Below the pieces are notes generated by a model that saw nothing but the letters and a program-made list of their open reading frames with translations, was not told where the DNA came from and made no database searches. 64,000 bases of DNA, from positions 288,001 to 352,000 of the forward strand of contig OZ242274.1 in assembly GCA_965207375.1 (NCBI GenBank). The letters run 5' to 3'. How positions within the stretch are numbered: the stretch's first letter is position 1; every line of letters begins with the position of its first letter. The DNA is from Nitrosopumilaceae archaeon (GTDB taxonomy: Archaea > Thermoproteota > Nitrososphaeria > Nitrososphaerales > Nitrosopumilaceae). This document shows, in pieces, positions 61,842 to 64,000 of the stretch. Made by a program: the position numbers and the translations under genes.

Positions 61842-62424
61842 ACAAATTTTTACTAGTCAATTAATATAATAAAAATGCCCTGACCATTCCAGTCAAATCA
61901 GGGCTTTTAGTCAAATGTGAGACACATAAGACACGGACAAGTAATCTTGACCATCATTATTAGATAATTGCCTATTAAAAAGAATTGGATGGATTTTTTA
62001 CTACATCAATACGATATGGAACTGTCTTTAATTATACTAGATTGGCATATCTTGCCAATTATGTATCAAGAATTGTATTTTTGAATCTAGTTTCAAAAAT
62101 ATGATGCATATGATCGGGTTATTCTGGGCAGAATTTTGGCTTTAAAAGTAAACCAGATTTGAGAATATGTGAGTGAGATACGATTCTCCAGCGTTAATTG
62201 TTGGTAAAACATCAATATGCAAATTTTCTCTGGATTGCCCGTGCCTAGATTACTGCCTATACCAGCAGATCAATCACACATTATCAAAGCAATCACACAT
62301 TAGCAGAACATAATCTTCTCCGAGTTGTCACTGTTTCATCACACATGTAACTTTGACATTAGAGTTTATTGCACGTACAGTGCAGCGTTTGATATTACTG
62401 TCCTCCACTTTTGTCCGTGTATAG

Positions 62425-63824
62425 TTATACCTGCAGCCTCTGCAGGCGTCTTGCCTCCAAGACTCGAGTGACACCGCATGAAATTGTAATAAATATCACA
62501 TCCTGCAAATATTGGCGAGTTTTTACTTTTAATGCCGCGTCTGGGTCGTTGTATAGCACGTAATGTCCCGTTGAATCTTTCTCAGACATTGTTGTTGTTC
62601 TTTTTGGAAATTCCTGCATTTGATATGTGTGTGCAATGTTGATGTATCGCGTTTGGTGCAGCATACACTGATTCAAATGCTTGTGCATATGAGGGCAGGC
62701 CATCGCTTACAAATTCTGTAGGTTTCTTTCCGGCACGGGCTGCTGCAGCTTTGAGTAGGTTTTCTGCATTGTGTCCGTCCTTGCAGTCTGCAACCTCCCA
62801 TGCTAGTAAAAATCGGGTATCATAATCAGTCTCTGCAAAAAGATAATTTTGTTTACCTCTTATTGAAACGTATTCTTCGTCTGCACAGAATCGATTGCCT
62901 GTATTAATTGAAAGTGACATCAGGTATACATACACCATTGTTACAAATTTGATTATCCATCTGTATATCGTAGATATACACTCCCTTTTGTGCTAGCGTG
63001 TCTTGTATTGCACTAGGTGTATGTCCCTTATAGTAGGCATCAAGTGCATCTGTGATTGCCCATGGTATAGTTTGCATGTGTTCCATGCCTCCCTTGTACC
63101 CAAAGACACGATTGCAATTTTTGCATTGGTATCGTTGCGTAGTGCCATGTCTACGCTGTATGTGACCATATTTTATGATGTGTTCGTCACCGCAATGCAT
63201 ACAGTGTGATGGAATCTCTATTAGAACTATTTCTGTGGTTTTTTTCTCAGTATTGTCATCTGCATCTTTGGGCTGTTTGTCCTGGCAAGGCAGCTTAGCT
63301 GCATCTTTGGATTGTTCATCAATTATTGTCTCTGCATCTCTGTCTACAGTATCTGCAATTACTGCTAGGATATGCTTGCATTGAGCCTGTCTGTATTTGT
63401 GATCTGGACAGTCACAGGACCAAGAATTTTTTTTCTGTATCACGGTATATCTGGTGTTATCCTTAGATTGGGACTGTACTGTGTAATGGTTAGGTTTGAC
63501 TTTTTTTATTGCATTTTGTGTTTCTAGTATTTTCAAGGCACGATTTCCACGCCTCTGTGCACCCTTACTCCAGGATACACGTGTACTCATCCATCTAGTA
63601 ACTCTTGCCATTTTGTCAGTACTGCGCGTAAGCAGTACCGATGTCTTGTTTCGTATAGCCTCAAATTTTTCGTGTAGTTTAAATTTTGATCTTGTATATG
63701 ATTTTTGATATGTTAGTCCCATCATTGCGAAATTCGATGGGACTACATGTCGTGATACATTTGGATCATGTGGGTTAACAAATTTTGAAAAAATGGTTAA
63801 ATTTTTGATCTCTTTTACCTGCAC
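62425..63824 (-). pseudogene. IS6-like DDE transposase with N-terminal SWIM and zinc-ribbon domains, frameshifted in three pieces
   Basis: CDCPDH...CKHI (SWIM); CMHC...QRYQCKNC; ADEEYV, TD..TRFLLA, VSDGLPSY, NNN. Confidence 0.82.
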
Positions 63825-64000
63825 AAGAACAAACTATGTAACAATTGAAGAAATTTTGTAACATTCCCACTTTCTAAAGTTCCTTATATAGTCAGGCAGT
63901 AAAGCATAAGGATCACCACTATCAGCATAAAATATGCTGCCAGGATTTGATCTTGAGGGAATAGATTGGAAGAATCCCGATGTCAACAGGCTTTTCGAGG

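Noticed and set aside
61877-61904. Hairpin gccctga...tcagggc upstream of the tRNA, sharing cattccagt with the variable arm
   Set aside because: The match is short and on the opposite strand; it cannot be told apart from chance

Overview
AT-rich archaeal chromosome segment that is almost certainly from an ammonia-oxidising Thaumarchaeote (Nitrosopumilaceae-like). The heavy IS/MITE load and a repeat-rich surface protein suggest a host-associated lineage (inference). Core blocks: fnr-ilvE-glycosylation genes; aglH-hel308-mcm-GINS with divergent rfcS; the 3HP/4HB carbon-fixation pair (4-hydroxybutyrate-CoA ligase and hcd); trxA, pgi/pmi, S8 protease, Rieske and cytochrome b; and a complete urease island (ParB-like, Lrp, DUR3-USP fusion, ureDGFE, IS66, ureABC, DUR3). 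Accessory DNA: IS630, IS5-like, IS66, ISH3-like and IS6-like elements, three MITE families, an AbiE toxin-antitoxin pair with twin 23-bp operators, an intact solo tyrosine recombinase between 112-bp direct repeats, and a decayed plasmid-like element (integrase relic, iteron-like array, ParM-like fragment). The most unusual item is a tRNA gene at 61758-61841 with a Ser-type class II body (long variable arm, G73) but an Ile anticodon (UAU). All calls were made by eye from motifs; no searches were run.
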